From Dicyema japonicum (taxonomy: Eukaryota > Animalia > Dicyemida), in NCBI GenBank assembly GCA_011109175.1, contig RDEW01000029.1:34158-98157 (forward strand): a stretch of 64,000 nt of DNA. Reading direction: 5' to 3'. The position numbers and the translations under genes were made by a program. This document shows, in pieces, positions 13,886-27,077 of the stretch. The notes beneath the pieces are model-generated. The model ran no database searches and was not told where the DNA came from. It saw only the letters and a list, made by a program, of their open reading frames with translations. How positions within the stretch are numbered: position 1 is the stretch's first letter; the number at the start of each line of letters is the position of its first letter.

Positions 13886-14886
13886 TTAGCCAAGTCTTAG
13901 TCTCCTGGCCACAAAGTAGGGGAAGATATTAGTAAAATATATGAAGATTCTATATTTCAAGGGTGCCACTATGATATGGGAGTCATTCCCTCTAAGTATT
14001 GCGTCTTCAATCACTGACGAGACTTGTTCTACGTTCAATCCGGGGGCATAGGGTGATTCATGTTCTCCTAATATCAAAAAAGTACAACCATGATTTATAC
14101 TCCCATCAGGCAGCATCGCATTAAACGTAACATCAGTCTTCGCATAGGAGGGACAAATGACGGAAACTTTGATCCCATTTCGACTCTCTTCTGCCCTGAG
14201 AGAATCAAGGAACGCCTCTAAGGCGTATTTCGAGGCGCAGTCTAAAGTTTGAGAATATTCCACCAACAAGGTCCTCGTTCAGGGACAGCATATTTTCCAC
14301 AAACACTACTGACCCCCAAAATGTGGGATCCACCATTTTTTATCATCTTATCGAGGAAAGCTTGGTTTTAACGTAAATAGACTACATTTGATAAGAATGA
14401 CGTTGGAAGTAAAGTTGACGGTCATAAGATGACGATAAACCCCCAAATTAGTGTTCGCAGTCATGGCGGATCTACAGCTAAGTCCTGCATTACAAATGAG
14501 GACGTCAATCTGTCCGCTGGTCAGCTCAATTATTTTTTTGGAGGCAGATATTATCTCCTCTTCCTCTGAAAGATCAAATGGAACACAGATTGGCTGACTG
14601 CTGGAATTTGATATTTTCAGGCATTCTCGTTTAGTCCGTTGTAGTTTCTCAATGTCTCGTCCACATAGGATCAAATTACAGTTGTGGTTTGATAAATTCA
14701 TAGCAATAGCTGATAATTTACTCAAATTTACAGCGGCCAATTCCACTGCTGGCACCAGTAATTACAATGTTGAGATTTTGAAGGTCTCGCTTTTTGTTGG
14801 AATTATAAAAGTAAATAAATGTCAGAAATAGAACAATCAGTACAATTAATCTATATTTTAAGATATCGGTAATACATTGTTAACAT
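13886..14886 (-). CDS. Classical short-chain dehydrogenase/reductase (DHRS7/DHRS7B-like) with N-terminal membrane anchor, 6 exons
   Basis: The spliced model gives a hydrophobic N-terminus, VITGASSGIG (Rossmann), NAG, VSSVCGK and catalytic YCASK. Introns are 25, 22, 25, 26 and 21 nt; the last is in-frame and stopless, so uncertain. Confidence 0.9.
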
Positions 14887-14959
14887 AGTAAAAATTATTG
14901 ATTTTAATTTAATTTAATTTTATAAAAAGTAATTCAAATTTAATTTATTAAATATGTCT

Positions 14960-17080
14960 AGTTTTAGCCTGGCGTAATGTGGCTCACCGGATGCAACAAC
15001 TCTGGAGGCACTCAAAATGCTCATAAAGCATTTCCAAAAAGAGCCATTAGCTCTCTTCCACCGGTGGTACATGTCGCCTCCGGTCGATGGATCACTGGTC
15101 TGGCTACAGCTTCTCCGATTCGCAACCTACACAAGTCAAAGGACCGGATCTCCGTTATACAACTGAATGTGAACGGAATAAAAGGCAAAATTATTGAACT
15201 TAGAGCGCTGATTGTTAAACTTAAAGCTGACATCGTGCTCGTCCAAGAATCGAAGCTATCAGCAAAAGATCCCCGGATACAACACAATACGTGGCAATTG
15301 CACTAAGAAACGTGGAGGAGGACTACTTACATTAATCAGAAAAGGCACAAAGTATGAGGACCATGCACTCGAAGCGAAGAAACTTTTGGGGAGTGATGAA
15401 ACTACGGAGACAATCGGAATATCTGTTGGCACAACAAAAGGAAGACTATATTTTGTAAACATCTCATTCCGCCTCCTGGCTCATGTCCGAAATATTGCAC
15501 TATGCCGGACTTATCAGCACTGGAGATTTGGGACGAAGTCGTGATTTGTGGCTATTTGAATGCTAAACACCCTCTCTGTCTGTTAAATCATTCTGCATAT
15601 AAATAGGAAATTTGCTGTTCACGCAGTCTGACAATCATCAATTACTCCTCAAAAAACACAAGAACAGCTCAAAGGAACTCTGACAATCCAACCTTCCCAG
15701 ATATCACACTCTGTTCACCACAGCTTTCAAAAACGATTAATTGGTCCTTCATCTACGACACCTGAAGTGATCACAACTCTATTCTGCTAAAAATCAAAAG
15801 CGAAATTACCAGTGGAAAAAAGAAACCTGCATATATATAATCTTGCAAATTGGGAATTATTCCGATCAGTTACCAACATTTGGCTAATATACAGATGGAA
15901 AACTTTAACTCCCTTGATGTAGTAGTCGTTTATTTCAACAAAGTCATCCTGGAAGCAAGAACAACGGCTGTTCCTAAAAGATATGTCGTTTACACGAGAG
16001 TACGGAAGGAAGGCTCTGGTCAAGGAACGAAACTGTCTCAAAAAAGCAGGGATTCGTTCCTTTGAAGCAAGAATCCGTCTAAACGTGCTGAACGAGGAAA
16101 TAAAAGCCAATGAATTCAAAATACAGAGAGCTAAATGGAAGATGGTCCTTACATCATTAAATCGTAACCGATCAACATCCGAAGTCTGAAAGACAATTCG
16201 AAAAATTTCGAAGAGAGGACACTCGGAAATGACGAATTCAGCCAAAAGGACCTAAACGCCCTAATAAAATACTACGCGAAAATCTCTCACTAAAACCACA
16301 TGAGGACTGACTCACCCAAACCGCCGCTAAGAAAACCGAAAAGGGATCAATTAACTTTAGAGTGTGCATTGGAGACATTCATTCTGTCTCCCGTTTATTT
16401 CCAAATGGATTACCCCAGGGCTCGCCGCTATCACAATTACTATTCAACCTGTTTACGGCTGACATTCTGACGCCGAATGGAGAAGACGACCTGCTTTTGG
16501 CTTATACAGACGATATCGTCTTAGTCTCACGGGATCAGAACACCGAAACAGCGACGGAAAGAATACAACACCACATGGATCGACTACTCGAGTGGCTTAA
16601 AGAAAATTGGATATCTATACAGAAAAATCTGTTACAACTCTCTATACCTCGGACAAAAGATTGTCGAACAGGACAATATAGTTACTGCGGAGGGAAGAGA
16701 ATTGCCGTTCAGCAAATGGCATAAAATATTGAGTCTGACTTTCGATACATGAACTTTTCGAGACATGTCACTAACGTGCTTAACAAATGTGAGAAGAAAA
16801 TCAACTTTCTGAAATGCCTAACAGGTCTATGAAAATTGGACATGCGTGTACTTCATGGGGACCACTGGCCTCTTATACAAACAATTTCCGCAACCCAGAA
16901 AAGGGCCTTCAAGCTAACGGAGAGATGGTACACAAGGGAAAACATTAAATCACTGACGCCCATGGAGAAACTAATCGAAAAAAACAAGAATGGACACCAA
17001 TGCCAAAAAGAAAGTGCTCGTCCGCAACGAACTTGTGTAGGCTCAAGGGATTAACATCGAGAAAAGATGAGAGCCTTGAT
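14960..17080 (+). mobile_element. Degenerate I-clade LINE (APE and RT fragments)
   Basis: IQLNVNGI..VLVQESKL and RGGGLLTLI (APE); NGLPQGSPLSQLLFN..AYTDD (RT). Multiple stops and frameshifts. Confidence 0.85.
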
Positions 17081-17119
17081 CCAATTCGTCTGGATCACTT
17101 AGTTTAGTTCTTTAGTTCA

Positions 17120-17345
17120 ACAGTTGTCTTTGGAATTTTATTTAATCATCGGGAGCCGTTGGTCCAATGACGGCTGAGTTCTTGCGAAAACTCTGAGGAT
17201 TGCTTGCCAGAAAGAAAAGGGATCAACGAATGGGTTATGGCTAAGACAAAAGATTGGAATAGCCATACTCCGAGGGAACTCGTTCGCAATCCACGCAGCA
17301 GGCTTCCTCAACTGACATTTGTTTAATTGTTAAAAAAATTAAAAT
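17120..17345 (+). mobile_element. 3' end of a CRE-like (RT + restriction-like endonuclease) retrotransposon
   Basis: Translates to ..LRQKIGIAILRGNSFAIHAAGFLN*, the typical RLE-element C-terminus. Similar to 62815-63050. Confidence 0.75.
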
Positions 17346-18439
17346 TTAGTTAACTCCCCGGGGACATGCTTGACGATAGCAAAGGTAGCAGGAAAAATCA
17401 CTGGGTCTCACGAACGACTCCAGATGTCTAGTTTATTGAGAAAAGACACTGACTTTTCGTTTATACATCCAATTTCTTCGACAGCAATAGCACGGAACGT
17501 GTTTTTTCGGCAGACCCCAGTAAATGTTTTATATTTTATATTGGATTATGTCTCAGGTATTTTTCTGCGGTTTTTCGTCAGGAGTATGAAGTCCATAAAT
17601 ATTAACGGTTTACCCATTAACGCTTTGTGTTTCGCATGATAAAATTAATTTAAAATTTAAATTAGTCTGATCAATTTGTTCTATCACTTTATTAAGGGAA
17701 CCAAAGTCTTTGTAGGATTGTTTCCGGATATTCTTTTGTACTAAAAATAGAATTCTGACCAAACTCTTCTTGGAAGATTTATGAGAGTGTCCGGGAATTA
17801 TGATTCTACGGTCTAAGCTAGCAGTGGATAAAGCGAGTTGTATACAGCGAGTTGTATACACTCGTGAGAGTAAAGTAAAATGCTGTCAGCTCTTCGATAT
17901 TTATTGAGACTCGCGCTCCCCGGTTGGGGAAATGACTGAGTTGCACTGCGACACGTCAGATGCTTCCCACACTCTTTTAACACAGTGAGTCAGGTCCTGA
18001 TGGACTGCAAATCCGAGACCATAATGTCGGAAGGAGAGGGTAAAAAGATGGAATTTGCCAAACAGTTATGTACATTGTACTATCGTTTTTGTCTCTTGTA
18101 GACAGCAGACAGAGATGTTGTATTTTGTTAAAGCTTCCAAACGACAGTGGAGAGCTTGTTAATGAAGGTGAAGAAGACAAATGTACAAGAGAGGCACGCC
18201 ACCACCTCAACCAAAAGACATGAATTTTTTTATAGGCCATGTGACCAACTCATGTGACCAACTCTTCCAAACAAAAATTAACATAAGGTCAACCACGTGA
18301 TATTATTGATTGGCACAATTAATATTGAAATCAGGTTTAAATATTCACCAAAATTTCAATTATACATTTTATGAACTAAAAGAAAAAAGACAAGAATTTT
18401 CATTTATCACAAAGCAAATTAACCATTACCAACCTAACT

Positions 18440-19290
18440 GACAAATATAGTCATTTGTATTTTTCACCCAAGATCACTGGAATAAAAAAAGTTAACTACT
18501 AAATGATCCCGGTTTTCCGGGTTCTGGCTTTCGTTGGTAAAAATGGAGACGGTCTCATTCTCCATAGATTCACATCATTTTCTAGATAGTCGGATATAGA
18601 GAGTGAAAGCGGACAGCCGGTTTTCATTGCCCACTGTAGAAATGACTTCACTCTCCACCTTAGATGTTCTTTAACATTCAATACGTTATCCACAGTTTCT
18701 TATTAATTATTTTGCAAGGCAGCAAGTTGTGCGGCTTCTAATTTTTGAGACGACGATTCAGAAATCATCAAGCTCCAGGAAGGACATGCGTACTCGATTA
18801 CTGGAAGTATGTATTGTCTGTAAATTTTCTGTAGTAAGAAGGTGTTGCGCCCGATTGGTGATCGGGACAAAATTTTCAATATGTTGGTCCTCCTCCTAAC
18901 CTTGGTAATAACTTCATTGACGTGTTGGCCGAATGTCAGGAGAGCATCCAACTTTAATCCTAGTATTGTTGGAGACTTATTCATAGGAATTTCATATCCA
19001 AATAATTTGATTTCGGTAGAGTATAATGATCTTCTCTTCCTCCTAACCTTGGTAATAACTTCATTGACGTGTTGGCCGAATGTAGGAGAGCATCCAACTT
19101 TAATCCTAGTATTGTTGGAGACTTTTTCGTAAGAATTTCATATCCAAACAATTTGATTTCGGTAGAGTATAATGATCTTCTATATGTAGAGAAAATTGTT
19201 ATAAATGACTTTCCTGTAGAATTTTCCAGTCGATTTGATATGAGCCAATGTTCCAATGTAACTTTGAAGTTTCATCCCTGCCTTATAGAA
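18440..19290 (-). mobile_element. LINE RT C-terminal fragment with an internal ~147-nt imperfect duplication
   Basis: SPTILGLKLDALLTF..YILPVIEYACPSWS..KLEAAQLAAL; the segment is repeated. Confidence 0.8.
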
Positions 19291-19929
19291 CACATTTACA
19301 ATTAAATATTGTTATATTAAACTACTTTTATTAATCAACCACATAATATTATATTAGTTATTTGAATTTGAATCTCAATCCTCGTTTGTATTTATATCTT
19401 TTATAATATTTAATTGTGACAATTATAATTCCAGAAAGTCCTACCAATACTGCTATTACCGTAAAACATGTAACTCCAATTTTACTCAATACTTTAGATG
19501 AATCTCAGTCCTCGTTTGTATTTATATCTTTTATAATATTTAATTGTGACAATTATAATTCCAGAAAGTCCTACCAATACTGCTATTACCGTAAAACATG
19601 TAACTCCAATTTTACTCAATACTTTAGAAACACTTCGAAGGGTCACAGATGAATAAATTGTAAGAGTAGTGGGAGTACTAGTCACTGGGTGGTTGTAGAA
19701 ATAGTGGATAAAGTAGTCATTTTACATTCAGTAGCTAAAATTTATACCATCGGATAACCCTTACCGACAAAGTTTGTGATGACTCCGCCTCTAACAATCT
19801 GTGCCTTCATTTGTAATATTTGAATGCTAAATTCTCCTAATGACAAAATTGTTGAATTGTTGCATTCCAAATGATCTTTATTTTCCCACAAATAATTACC
19901 TTTCTACCTTAGTCTGACTAAAAAAATAC

Positions 19930-22745
19930 AAATCAAATGAACTTTTTGCATTTCTAACTTCCCACAAACTTGATATTGCCATGCTAAAGGAAACGAAACT
20001 ATCAAGAAAGTCAGCGCTTCCACACTACAAAGACTACTCAATTGTCCGCCGTGATCGACCGAATTCAAACAGAGGAGGCGGTGTTCTCATACACAAATCT
20101 ATTCCATTCTCCGATACTTTCGCTCAGACACAAGCTCTGTTTGAAGATGACAATCACATCGAACTTACTTCCGTCTTGGTGAAAATAAACCACACAAGGT
20201 ATACATTTGTAAATATTTACATTCAGCCACCGAGTCCCAGTATGAAACATTACTCCCAAAAACTAACCGAATTGCAAAAGATTGAAAATGTGATAATCTG
20301 CGAAGACCTAAATGCAAAAGATCCTTTCTGGCTAATCGGAGTAATGAGAGGGGGTTTCAGGTCCTCTCTCAACTAGAACAATTAGTTATCCTCAATGACA
20401 GGAAATCACATACTCGAACAACTTCCAGACCTGGAGACTCTAATACATCACCCGACCTCACACTATGTTCTTCATCACTATCTTCGGTGATATCTTGGAG
20501 AATTGTATATGACCTACACTCACCATAATCCAATTCTACTGTCAATCGAACTACTCTCGCCTATTGTTTGCATCGGAAAACTATAACGAATTACAAACGT
20601 GCAAAATGGGATTCATTCAGAGAAGAAACAGAAAAATTTCTATCCGACTTTTCCGTCGAGAATTTCAAATCGCTTGACGCCGCAATGAAATTTTTAATGA
20701 GGTCATCCTCAGTGCCGACAAGAAATACATTCCAAGAGGACTCGTTGCAGACTATAATCCCAATTTCACTAAGAAAATTATCGAACAGATTCATACAAGA
20801 CGTCGACTCAAAAAATCAAAAATTTATACGGCCGAACTATCCAACCTTAATAGCGAAATTACAGAATCAATCAACAAGAGGAAATTAGACCGTTGGAACA
20901 ATTTCATCACAAAAATTAACCATCGAACAAAACTAAAGGATTTTTGGGGCACTTCACGTGGAATTAAATCGAAACAAAATAGAATGGAGACAACCCACGC
21001 CACCAGTATTGACAAGAATCATAGATATGAACAAATGCTCTCGTCCATCCAAATTGAAAAACGTTAAACTCCTCAAGAGAAACCGATTGAAATCAGTACT
21101 TCGGATTCGAAAAACTCCAAAAACTCCAAAAACTCTCCTGCCAAAGGGCTTGATGGAATCTGCATTTAAAGCACCTGGGAACGCAAAGACTCAAAGAATA
21201 ACAGACATAATTTCTGTGTCCATCAACACATGCAGAATTCCTGCACTATGGAAAAAATCCAAAATAATCTTAATCCTGAAGCCCAAGAAAGATCCTTTGG
21301 ATCCGGAATCTTTCAGACCAATTTCACTACTATCTGTAGTATCGAAAATTGTTGAACGTGTTGTACTATTTTCCCTTCCCTGAATTTCAACATGGCTTTC
21401 GTCCACAATACTCAACATTAACACATCTACCCTAACTCAATATATCGCTGATGGTGTTAACAATTATAATCTTCCCAAACGGACTATCCTCGCATCGATC
21501 GACCTAACCAAGGCCTTCGATCGAACATCAAGGCGCATGCTAAGTAACAAAATTCTTGTATCTGGAATTCCTCCACGTCTACAGAATTGGTTAACAAATT
21601 TCCTCTCTGGAAGAATTGGTCGAGCTGAAATTATGTCTATCTCATTACAGACTTCTTCCAATTGGAGTTCCCCAAGGCTCCGTTTTATCACCCACCTTAT
21701 TCAACTTACACCTAAGCGACATTCCAATCAATTCCAAGACACTTCTACTATTGTATGCGGATGGCATGATTGTTGCCTCTAAAGACATAGTAAAGCAAAC
21801 CACCTATCCCCCTCTCCATCGAAATCCACCGTCACTGTATTCACGTACCGCCTAACTAAATTTTCAACCAATTTCAACAATTCATAGACAACAACTCACC
21901 GTTACGAAACATCCCGAAATACTTGGAGTTATTTATGACCAACTACTAACTTTTTCTAAACATGTGGCTGAACAATGTACAAAGGCCTCTCACAAGATCA
22001 ACATACTGTGTCAGGTCATTCCTTTGGTCAAAGCAAAAAGGCCCTAACCATCATAAACAATTCATTCGAAAAACTATTAACTATGCAAGCCTCTGCTGGT
22101 CAACCTCTGCCTCTCTTACTTCTATTGACAAACTACAAAAATTACAAAACATCGCGCTCAGGACAATTACTGGATGTCTCAGATCAACTTCTGTCGATCA
22201 TCTACATTGGAAGTCAAAGATCCTTCCAATTGCAGTTCTTCTCCCAAGCCTACAGTCTAGAACATCCCTGCCACTTCCTATGCAAGCCGCAAAACAAAAG
22301 GAAAATTATTATGACAACCAGTGACCTGTCTCGGATGTTGTCATCAATTCCTTCCATCTCCAATGACAAAAGTCGTCTGAAACAGATACACGATTTTGTT
22401 CCTGCGAGAAGCATCCGAAGACTCAGAGACAATAAAATATGACAGCGACTCCCTCCTCCAATAAACCAATCAGAATCCTCTCTTTCAAGAGACGTGCGAG
22501 TAAACCTGGCTCGTCTACGATGTGGGCACCACCCATATCTACCAGCTTATGATGTACTCTGCCCCTTTTGAAACCTCCACGTGCTGATAAACAAATAATC
22601 TATTTCAATGTCATGAATTGGCACAACGTTTCTCCACAATGCCGGAACTGACTGATCTATGGGAGCACCAACATCTGCTGCGTACTACTTAATAGCTGCT
22701 GGCCTCCTACAAGTTAGTGAGGCTGGGGTTACTTAACTAACTAAC
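19930..22745 (+). mobile_element. Degenerate, near full-length I-clade LINE
   Basis: MLKETKL..RRDRPNSNRGGGV (APE), FRPISLLS, GVPQGSVLSPTLFN..YAD (RT), LARLRCGHHP (C-terminal). Ends in a TAAC-repeat tail. Confidence 0.88.
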
Positions 22746-22929
22746 ATGACATCCTTTCAATTATAGCCATGGAAGACATATATTTGTAAAGATAGCTGCT
22801 TTTATGGAAGGCTAATAAATAATGCCATATAAAAACTGAAAATGGAATGAAAGGATCTGAAATCTATAAAATCTCTAGATAATAATCGAAAAAGAGGTTA
22901 ATATTTTTAACTTTTAATACTTTTTATTA

Positions 22930-24170
22930 TTTTATTTAACACCCAAGACCATGGTAAAACCAAAACTAACTATCACGTAATCCAGATGCGTTCCGCCAAA
23001 ATCCTCATTCTTTTCCGGTGCTCCTCAGTCATCTTCCCCAACCTTTTGTCAGAAGTAAACATAGACGTGACCGACTTTCTGGAATTCTCGGTTCTTCACT
23101 ACCCAGGCGTTGAGTCTGTGCAGGTTAATTTGTAATCTTTCTGTAGCATTTTGGATATCCCGATCAGCGAGGCCAAAACAATGTCGTCCGCATATGTGAG
23201 TAGAACATCGTTATTGGATTCCGGTGTCTGCCAGGTATAAATTGAATAAGGCGGGGGATAAAGGAGATCCTTGGGGGACACCGTTTGGGAGAAGACGTGA
23301 GACTGATTTCAGTCCTCCGAGGCATACACGTCCCCTTCGTCCACTTAAGAAATTTGTTATCCAAAGTTTAAGCTTCCCCGGGATCTCGGACTGAAAAATT
23401 TATCCTTGGGGGACACCGTTTGGGAGAAGACGTGAGACTGATTTCAGTCCTCCGAGGCATACACGTCCCCTTCGTCCACTTAAGAAATTTGTTATCCAAA
23501 GTTTAAGCTTCCCCGGGATCTCGGACTGGAAAATTTTCTTTGATAATATTTTTCTCGAAATAGAATCAAAGTCCTTGTTAATATAAATGGAACATGAGAC
23601 TGTCTTCAAATGCCTTGGTTTGTTTAAAAATCCATCTCTAATGAAGTTGGTTAATTTCTGTAGGTACGTTGATGTAGAACGAGAATCCGCGTTGAAAATC
23701 CTTTTCTGGTAAGAAAGCCTTGATTCTCCCAAGCACAAGCCTCTCCAGGATTTTGGATACGGAACATAACAATGACACAGGTCTAAATGATGCCGGATCT
23801 TACTTAGGTTTTCCAAATTTCAGTATAGGTCGGATGTTGGCTTGCTTCCATAACAACAGTATTACAATTAATTGAATAGTTAAAATCGAAGATAGAAAAC
23901 TAACTCCCATATCTCCAAGGTTTTTCAATGACACTACTGGAATGTTGTCGTGACCGGCAGAGTACGTTGTTTTTGTAAAACGCAGCGCATTCTTCACTTT
24001 TTCATCCGAGAAGTAAACTGGGTTAGAATTTTTCTTCAGTTTTCTGCGTGGGACCGGCAGATTACGTTGTTTTTGTTAAACGCAGCGCATTCTTCACTTT
24101 TTCATCCGAGAAGTAAACTGGGTTAGAATTTTTCTTCAGTTTTCTGCATGAAGAGAGAAGCACTTCCGAC
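22930..24170 (-). mobile_element. LINE RT and 3' end fragments with internal duplications
   Basis: RLLPNGVPQG and LLTYADDIVL. The 3' UTR (GAGGATTTTGGCGGAACGCATC..GGTCTTGGGTGTTAAATAAA) is shared with 58830-58920. Confidence 0.8.
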
Positions 24171-24556
24171 TTGCTGTGTTCTTTGTACGAAATTTTTGTG
24201 TAGAATTTTATCAAATTGTTGACGCTCGTTGAGTATAGTCATCCTCGGTGGAAGTTTCTTCGTCTTTTAATTCTAATTTTATAAAGAAAATTCCTTGTGT
24301 CACAAATGTGGATTCAATTTAATTTTTGTGAACTGATGGTGTCACTGAAAGGTTAAAATGCTAAGTTGATCACCTCTTTTGTATAAATAGGGACCAAATT
24401 TTATTAGGTAGATCATGAATTAAGTATTCCTGTTCGACATATTCTTGGAAAATTGTTTCAGAAGCTGAACCGACGTTATCGTGGTGACATGTGGCTACTT
24501 TATTCGAGATTTCTGTTTGTTTTGTCTCTTCCCCATCTTTTCTTTTCTACTAGATT

Positions 24557-24618
24557 GTCGTCATGTGATCCACCTCTCTCACGTGGGCCCAGTGGCAGGA
24601 TGGCACGAAAAAGGATCA
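24557..24618 (+). repeat. 62-nt structured dispersed repeat, copy 1 (3' part tandemly repeated to about 24780)
   Basis: Aligns at equal length with the reverse complement of 38151-38212. Shared blocks are CGTCATGTGATC, GCCCAGTG and GCACGAAAAAGGATCA. Confidence 0.75.
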
Positions 24619-25039
24619 TATGGTCAAGGAAAAGGTAGGATGATCCTTTTCAACTACTGTCGCCTCACAGGTGGGATTTGTTTGAAGTGGCAGGATGGCA
24701 CGAAAAAGGATCATATGGTCAAGGAAAAGGTAGGATGATCCTTTTCAACTTGTCGCCTCACAGGTGGGATTTGTTTGACATGAATTGACCTTCGCTGAAA
24801 CCTCTATAAATGAATTAAAATGTGATATATCAAGAACTCCCATATGGATAATAGTTAACATGATTCTATAATAATATTAATAAATTATTACTAATTGATT
24901 ATCTATTCAATAAAGAATGGGAGTTACTTTTCAATGTCACTGTCCTTTGACTCATCCACGTGCAATAGTGGTTAATGCTGTCGTTCATGTCCGTTTAGCT
25001 GCTAGATTTCCACATTGCTACCTATTTGGTCAAAAAAAT

Positions 25040-25436
25040 NNNNNNNNNNNNNNNNNNNNNNNNNNNNNNNNNNNNNNNNNNNNNNNNNNNNNNNNNNNNN
25101 NNNNNNNNNNNNNNNNNNNNNNNNNNNNNNNNNNNNNNNNNNNNNNNNNNNNNNNNNNNNNNNNNNNNNNNNNNNNNNNNNNNNNNNNNNNNNNNNNNNN
25201 NNNNNNNNNNNNNNNNNNNNNNNNNNNNNNNNNNNNNNNNNNNNNNNNNNNNNNNNNNNNNNNNNNNNNNNNNNNNNNNNNNNNNNNNNNNNNNNNNNNN
25301 NNNNNNNNNNNNNNNNNNNNNNNNNNNNNNNNNNNNNNNNNNNNNNNNNNNNNNNNNNNNNNNNNNNNNNNNNNNNNNNNNNNNNNNNNNNNNNNNNNNN
25401 NNNNNNNNNNNNNNNNNNNNNNNNNNNNNNNNNNNN
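25040..25436. other. Assembly gap (397 N)
   Basis: Run of N. The left flank (about 24850-25039) recurs at about 25800-25995. Confidence 0.99.
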
Positions 25437-25800
25437 GCTCCGACTGTGATCCCACGCATTTTCTATACGGACGGGGGTCTTTTTCCTTTTCTCTTCTGAA
25501 ATTGCCTCCAGTTGCCTCTATGATAGACTCGAGTGCTCTGGGGGCAATTTCTTTATCTGTATATTTTTCTAGTAACTTTTTTGCTCTTGACTGGAATTTT
25601 CTATACGGACAAGGGTCTTTTTCCTTTTCTCTTCTGAAATTGCCTCCAGTTGCCTCTATGATAGACTCGAGTGCTCTGGGGGCAATTTCTTTATCTGTAT
25701 ATTTTTCTAGTAACTTTTTTGCTCTTGACTGGATCTCTTGAATTTTTGTTAGGTTCGTTGCCGACAGGTTAGATCCCCATGCAGCACATGCATAGCCTAT
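25437..25800 (-). mobile_element. LINE C-terminal fragment, tandemly duplicated
   Basis: The reverse strand reads YACAAWGSNLSATNLTKIQEIQSRA, the post-RT region of I-clade LINEs. A ~140-nt unit is repeated. Confidence 0.65.
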
Positions 25801-27077
25801 TGATAATAGTTAACATGATTCTATAATAATATTAATAAATTATTACTAATTGATTATCTATTCAATAAAGAATGGGAGTTACTTTTCAATGTCACTGTCC
25901 TTTGACTCATCCACGAGCAATAGTGGTTAATGCTGTCGTTCATGTCCGTTTAGCTGCTAGATTTCCACATTGCTACCTATTTGGTCAAAAAATTCTACCA
26001 TTTTCCTTCTTCACTTCATAAGAGGTGTCATAGAATCCATCTAATTCAGGAGAGGTCGACGTCCAACAAAGATCTCTCATCCCTATAAAAACTTTTACTT
26101 AACATGACTAACCAAACATTTCTCCCTTTGACACAATAGATGTACAAGTTCTGGGATGTGTCATAATTCCCGGACAAGATCCAAATGGTTCCCTGTCCGA
26201 ATCCCGCGATTGTCCACTCCAGCTGAAGGTTTCACGCACCCACCATGCTTCTTTGAATGACAACTGGCGGCATTATCGGTGATACATCACTGTGAAACCA
26301 AATTGCCTTTAGTGACTCCACGAAACCAAAGAAAAAAAGTTAAGAACACGCTTGATGTCTTGGTTGCACTCATTATGCTATTTCCTTCTTAAATTGAGTG
26401 TTTTGCCTAGTACAGGTTTAAGTATTAAACTCAAAGGAAAGGCTAATTTGGAAAAATCATCACATAAGAAATTCAGAAATTAAGAGTCGCGCTTCCATGG
26501 TGTGGACATAATTCAAGAAAAACTATCTCTACTCGCCCTGGAGTACTAGGACCTTAAGTAAAAGTGGGAGATCTCTGATGTGACCTGTTTGGGCGGCCTT
26601 TTTAATGGTCCACAACTTGGAGAAACTGAATTTATAAATTTGGGGATTCCAAATTACCACAATTACCTTTACTTCAAGTGTTCCTACTATTATTAGCACA
26701 ACACGACAACTTTTTCAAAATTATACTTTAAATTTAATACCACAGGAACTTGTCTATCAATAACATAGAGCATGTGGCGTGGTAATATATGTGAGTCGTG
26801 GAGACAAAATTATAAACTGAATAAGGAAGTAGTTTTAACATTATGAGTAATACTTTGATGATTCAATATAAATGCTAATGGATACTAAGGAAGCAATAAA
26901 TTAACTTTCCATTAGTTGATTCAAATAAATATAGCTGGTATGGCTATCCTTTGAACATTGTGGTGTTCTTATTAGCATTTTCTTATTTAATTAATCAATT
27001 TGTAATGCTAATATTTCAATTTCCTTTGATTCGTACATTCGCGTTAACTATAAATTACTAATGTCCGCGCAAACTAA

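Noticed and set aside
17880-18010. GC-rich segment with hairpin CCCCGGTTGGGG, considered as a tRNA/snRNA/SL RNA
   Set aside because: No cloverleaf, A/B boxes or Sm site; probably a TE UTR remnant.
24917-25741. Long ORFs in the track containing X runs
   Set aside because: They are artefacts of translating through the 397-N gap.
26000-26380. GC-richer stretch with a possible minus-strand exon pair (..WSGQSRDSDREPFGSCPG..)
   Set aside because: I could not build a consistent start-to-stop model or recognise a domain.
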